From the IMG/VR virus record IMGVR_UViG_2616644925_000001, positions 1 to 64,000 of that record: a stretch of 64,000 bases of DNA. One strand, 5' to 3'. Shown one piece after another: positions 60,304-64,000 of the stretch (position 1 is the stretch's first letter; each line of letters opens with the position of its first letter). Position numbers and translations under genes: made by a program. This DNA is from a virus (lineage: Duplodnaviria; Caudoviricetes). The notes beneath the pieces were generated by a model. The model saw nothing but the letters and a program-made list of their open reading frames with translations. It did not search any database and was not told the DNA's origin.

Positions 60304-60432
60304 TTATTTGCGGCGCTTCTGCTTCCTGCCGCCTCTTACCGCCTTGATGAATGTCTCGATGGCATAGATGGCCACCAGCGCATAAATCAAAGTGAGAAAT
60401 GGGTGCTCTGCAGCAAACTCTGATAACGACAT
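60304..60432 (-). CDS. 42-aa single-pass membrane peptide within the RNA array (not in the ORF track)
   Basis: MSLSEFAAEHPFLTLIYALVAIYAIETFIKAVRGGRKQKRRK; GAAGGA RBS. Confidence 0.6.
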   Translation of the reverse strand: MSLSEFAAEHPFLTLIYALVAIYAIETFIKAVRGGRKQKRRK

Positions 60433-60702
60433 ATTGCGTCCTTCGTGGAGGAATGCTGTCTCTTCCAGCAGTCAGAACTAAACGCCCAGGCGCTCAACCC
60501 GTGATGGCAACAACCTATTCGCTGGCTGGTACATTCTGTGTTGACCGGATAACCAAATAGACGAGAAGGAAATAAAACGCCCAGGCTCCGCACCCACATG
60601 TCCCAAATGCCCCACTTTCGGCCACCAGCAGGGATCGCTGGCATATCGTTACTGGCCGGGCTCAATAGGGTTGCTGTGACCGTTTCCCGTTAGCGCGATT
60701 GT

Positions 60703-60790
60703 TCACTGAGGCGGGACTTAAACCCGCTTTGCTTTCGCAGCCCATCGCTGACCGCCCGTGTTAATTCACAGGCAAGGCTTTCGCCCCGTG
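60703..60790 (-). ncRNA. Multi-hairpin tRNA-like RNA
   Basis: GGCGAAAGCC, GCCTGTG-AATTAA-CACGGGC, TGCGAAAGCA and T-arm-like GCGGG-TTTAAGT-CCCGC. Confidence 0.45.
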
Positions 60791-61018
60791 GATTCCGGAT
60801 CCACAACTCCTACGGTGTGTTAAAGCGATCACCACAACGGCCGAGAACACTGAGCAACCACGCGCCGGGTGCTCGTTTAAGTCACCCTACAGTGTCCTCG
60901 CCGTTATGGGCTGGACTTTCCCAGCAGTCACGGCGTGTTGAGGCCTGCCGATACCCTGCCCCGCCACCAGCCAAATTAGCCAGTAAACAGGGCATCGCCT
61001 GGTGTTGACGTGTAGTGC

Positions 61019-61136
61019 ATGGGGGGCTGGTGCCTCCAGCTGTCCGATACGGAACCTACGGACGAGCATAGAACAGGAATTTGCACACCGATAGGTGATT
61101 GTTCCGGCCCGCGTGCGCATAGCCGCATTCCCCCAT
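61019..61136 (-). ncRNA. C4-antisense-like structured RNA
   Basis: ATGGGGG-AATGCGGCTATGCGC...GCTGGAGGCACCAGC-CCCCCAT. Confidence 0.7.
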
Positions 61137-61386
61137 TTGTGAGCGCGCTGACAGAGGTAATCTTTCGCCAAACGCCAGGTAAAACGACAGAAGCACCAGC
61201 GCGCTCACAAATGGTGATCCCTTACGAGGATCAGGCGGGAGCATGTTTAAGCCTCATGGGGCGTTCTATGCGCGGGATTAGTCCATCAACCGCGTTCACT
61301 GCCATGACAGGAGGGGCTACTTGCCGTTCACCCTACTCATAACACGCCCGGAAAAAGCTAATAACCGGGGGCGGCCCGTTACGAAC

Positions 61387-61459
61387 TGGTGCATGGGGCC
61401 GGATTTGAACCGGCGGCGGACTTAACACCTTCTGCGTTCGGCCTCTTCGCTACCCATGC
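61387..61459 (-). ncRNA. Pseudo-tRNA with encoded CCA and a degenerate anticodon arm
   Basis: GCATGGG/CCCATGC acceptor, D-arm GCG..CGC, T-arm GCCGG-TTCAAAT-CCGGC, ends ACCA. Confidence 0.7.
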
Positions 61460-61637
61460 TGAATACTTGCCGGTGCATACCCGGCGCGGACACTTAGGTA
61501 TCTGGTCAACCTGTCCGCTTGCGTCACGTATGAGGTCAGGAAACCTCGCCAGATTTGCAGTGCGTTTGCCTCGCTTGCTAAAGCGTTTTCCCCGTTTCAG
61601 CCGTCAGCACACCCTGATGCACTCAAGGCTGAACCTG

Positions 61638-61662
61638 AAAAAAAGCCCGGAAACTACCGGGC
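61638..61662 (-). terminator. Intrinsic terminator in the leader of the RNA array
   Basis: gcccgg-tagttt-ccgggc-T7 on the minus strand. Confidence 0.75.
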
Positions 61663-61811
61663 CAAAAACCCTACTACACACAGCAAAGCCTACTCTGGAA
61701 TAGACTCTGATTTGTGAAAAAAGAGCGGATTAAACAGACAGTTATGAGTAATCCGCCAAATGCCTATTATGAATATTGCACGGAGCCGTTAAGCCCTTGT
61801 CAGCGGGGAGA

Positions 61812-61870
61812 AATGTACACAATGCAGAGTAATGAAGCAATGAAAATCTAAGAAATTTCTTAGATTTTCA
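61812..61870 (-). promoter_or_regulatory. Sigma70 promoter abutting a perfect 30-bp palindromic operator
   Basis: TTGCTT-17-TACATT with TG (61840-61812); TGAAAATCTAAGAAATTTCTTAGATTTTCA at 61841-61870. Confidence 0.75.
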
Positions 61871-61887
61871 AAGCATCTCAAAAAGGG

Positions 61888-63177
61888 TTAGCGCCGCTTT
61901 ATCTTAGGGTTCTTGATGTTCTCGATGTCACCATTCACTTGCGCCCATTTAATGCACCAGCTGTTTATTGCTGCGCGGATCTCATTCACTGATACCTCAC
62001 TTAGCCCCTTCACTTTCGCCAGTTGGTCAGGCAGTTCGCCACCAGCATCTGCAACAGTCTCATACCCGGCTTTAATCAGTGCGTTAAGGACGCGTGTCGG
62101 TATGGCCAGCTCGGAAACAGGCGCAGCTTTGCCGTCCTGAATGCGCTGGTGAAGACGTGGGAAATCCTGCGCCAGGCGCTTCATGATCAGTGTGTGCAGC
62201 TCGTCATTGATAGTCGTGTCCCACATAGGTACGAGCTCCGGCAGCAGGCGGAATACAGGGTTTCCCCATATTCCCGGCACCACGTCCATAGCCAGCATCA
62301 TCGCTGTGCGGATTTGAAAATGAAAATCAGCTGTCTCGATCGAGATATCGCGGATACCGTGGAAAACGCTAAGCCCAAAGTGGAAGTTGTAGATGTAGCA
62401 GCCCACGTCGCCGGTGCCGTCCGGCAGCTGAAGCAGGAACTGCCGCACGTCTTCCCGGCCATCGTGGAAATCGACGCGTTCCTTAAGGTGGTTGTAAAGA
62501 GCGGTCGTCTTCATCAGATCATTGGCCGTCGCGGCGCGCTGGCGGCGCTCTTCTCCGACAACCTTATCCGCAATGTTGAGTTTACTCTGCAGCTCCTGTC
62601 GTTTGCTGCTGTCTTTCTTGCGATCGGCGCGCATCTGCGAAATGGTTTTGTCACGCTCATTCAGATCACGCGCCAGGCGCTCAGGATTTTTACGTCGATA
62701 CTGGGTGTATTCCTGCGTCATTGTGGCAATGGCCAGCTGCGCGGTTGTAAGGGCTGATCTCACCCCCTCCAGCTGGTTCTCTGCGTTTATTACGCGGTTG
62801 TCCGCCTCCAGCACCTGAAGATTAGCCGCCTCGCGTGCCTCTTCGATGGCGTTCTCTGCATCGAGACGGATTTGCGCTACTTCACTCTGCAAAGCGGACT
62901 GGGCGCTTAGCTGCTGCTGCGCCTGCTCCAGCGTTTCAAGCATCAGGTTGTACGTGTCAGTTTCATGATTAAGGCGCATGCCAATATCAATCTGGATCTG
63001 CTCCAGCGCGTTCGTGCAGTTATCAAGAAGGCGCTGCTCCAGGTCATCGAGCGTCAGGCGTTTGCGGATGGAATTAAGCTGACCGTAAGCGGTGACAAAG
63101 GCCTGGTGAAGAACTTCGTCATCGACTTTGCATAAAGGGAGATTTTGCAGCTGTTGGAGTGGAGCGAGAGTAGTCAT
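61888..63177 (-). CDS. pmgS: Coiled-coil protein with C-terminal HhH/alpha-CTD-like domain (P1 PmgS-like)
   Basis: 429 aa; LDDLEQRLLDN...NHETDTYN resembles P1 PmgS as recalled. Confidence 0.6.
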   Translation of the reverse strand: MTTLAPLQQLQNLPLCKVDDEVLHQAFVTAYGQLNSIRKRLTLDDLEQRLLDNCTNALEQIQIDIGMRLNHETDTYNLMLETLEQAQQQLSAQSALQSEVAQIRLDAENAIEEAREAANLQVLEADNRVINAENQLEGVRSALTTAQLAIATMTQEYTQYRRKNPERLARDLNERDKTISQMRADRKKDSSKRQELQSKLNIADKVVGEERRQRAATANDLMKTTALYNHLKERVDFHDGREDVRQFLLQLPDGTGDVGCYIYNFHFGLSVFHGIRDISIETADFHFQIRTAMMLAMDVVPGIWGNPVFRLLPELVPMWDTTINDELHTLIMKRLAQDFPRLHQRIQDGKAAPVSELAIPTRVLNALIKAGYETVADAGGELPDQLAKVKGLSEVSVNEIRAAINSWCIKWAQVNGDIENIKNPKIKRR

Positions 63178-63317
63178 ATTGAGAATCAGATCCGCATGTT
63201 ATTTGCGGAGAATGATAACTCGAAATTAACCACTGTCTAAGATTTTTCTTAGATTTGATTAAATGATTAGGCTGGGTTGCTGGTAGCGTTGTCTCGGACT
63301 CAGCCACCAGCAGAGGA

Positions 63318-63617
63318 TTACAGTAGTTTCAGCGCCGTTACGGCTATGGCGGCGACAGTGACAATCATCAGTACATTCAGCAGTACTGACGGCACTTTAA
63401 TCTCGCCGGTCTCATACTCTGCCTGCGTCATCCTGCCCAGGTAGCTGTGTGAGATCAGCACTGCGTTTTCGTCAAAGCTCAGCGTAGCCCGAACGTTCTC
63501 CAGCGCCTGGCGAGATATCTGACGTGTGGCCAGCTGCACGACTCCGGATCGCATCTTCCCGTTGTCGCCCATGTAGCAGACCGTATGGTAGTGGTATGGC
63601 TTACCCTGCCCCATCAA
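63318..63617 (-). CDS. Small protein with C-terminal TM anchor
   Basis: 99 aa; coupled to the upstream gene. Confidence 0.6.
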   Translation of the reverse strand: MMGQGKPYHYHTVCYMGDNGKMRSGVVQLATRQISRQALENVRATLSFDENAVLISHSYLGRMTQAEYETGEIKVPSVLLNVLMIVTVAAIAVTALKLL

Positions 63618-63877
63618 CTGATAACTACCCAGTCGCTGACGCGCATATCGTTAATGCTCAGATCGTGAATCTCAACGCCGCCGTCCGGTCGGGTCAGCAT
63701 CAGCACATCACAGCCTTCATGCTCCTGCTCCAGCGACACAAAGTAACCCACCTCCCACGCTTCCCGCCGCATCAGCAATTCTGGATCCTCTTTCATTTTC
63801 AGCAAGGCGCGGTCATAGCTGCACGTAATGGCACCGATTCCAATTTTGTTCAAACCTTCAATCTGTGCCGTAGTCAT
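63614..63877 (-). CDS. Second DUF2829/Tad2-like protein
   Basis: Start MTTAQ; RALLKMK...MRREAW...LSINDMRVSDW. Confidence 0.55.
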   Translation of the reverse strand: MTTAQIEGLNKIGIGAITCSYDRALLKMKEDPELLMRREAWEVGYFVSLEQEHEGCDVLMLTRPDGGVEIHDLSINDMRVSDWVVIS

Positions 63878-64000
63878 GCGTCCGCGTCCCTCTGTTAATG
63901 ATTTTCTCAAGATGTAACTGATCCCCTTCACGCCGCCGAAATAGTTCAGCTGGCGGTTACTCATGCCGCTGCGCGACATAAGCTCCTGTTTCGGTACTCT

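Noticed and set aside
61294-61303. GTTCACTGCC equals the first 10 nt of the type I-F CRISPR repeat
   Set aside because: There is no CTGCC/GGCAG stem or CTTAGAAA tail, and it lies opposite to the inferred transcript.
61387-61459. Calling this a functional tRNA with an assigned anticodon
   Set aside because: No canonical anticodon stem-loop can be drawn.
59647-61703. ORF-track calls of 60-150 aa across the RNA array
   Set aside because: They lack convincing RBSs, have atypical composition and run across stems on both strands; treated as shadows.
1-64000. IS elements, integrons, rRNA, cas genes, retrons or reverse transcriptases
   Set aside because: No transposase, integron integrase, RT or Cas motifs were recognised in the ORF track.

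Overview
A 64-kb segment of a P1-like (Punavirus-type) phage-plasmid, probably from an Erwiniaceae/Pantoea-type host (inferred from a lox site resembling the Panto target pox, recalled from memory). It holds the contractile tail, baseplate and capsid late operons (bplA, pmgA, sit, pmgB, tub, pmgC, bplB, pmgG, gp21-23, gp5-6-24-7-25-26), spanins, PAAR, a Dcm-Dam fusion (dmt), rdgC, ref and an iteron RepA replicon. It also holds two umuDC-type operons, dUTPase, cre with a 34-bp lox site, c1, pacB/pacA with a pac site, a ParM/ParR pair, lpa, two type II TA pairs and several AT-rich moron or defence-like genes. The tape-measure gene is broken twice. Best unexplained signals: (1) a ~2.1-kb array at 59.7-61.8 kb of alternating long stems and tRNA-/C4-like RNAs with small peptides, behind a C1-type operator and promoter and flanked by two DUF2829/Tad2-like genes; (2) an unannotated timP/timR-like type I toxin-antitoxin module beside the replicon; (3) a probable +1 frameshift tail chaperone; (4) a TGT/DpdA-like gene coupled to dmt; (5) three separate families of repeated DNA motifs. 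All gene names come from recalled homology and synteny with phage P1; no database search was run.
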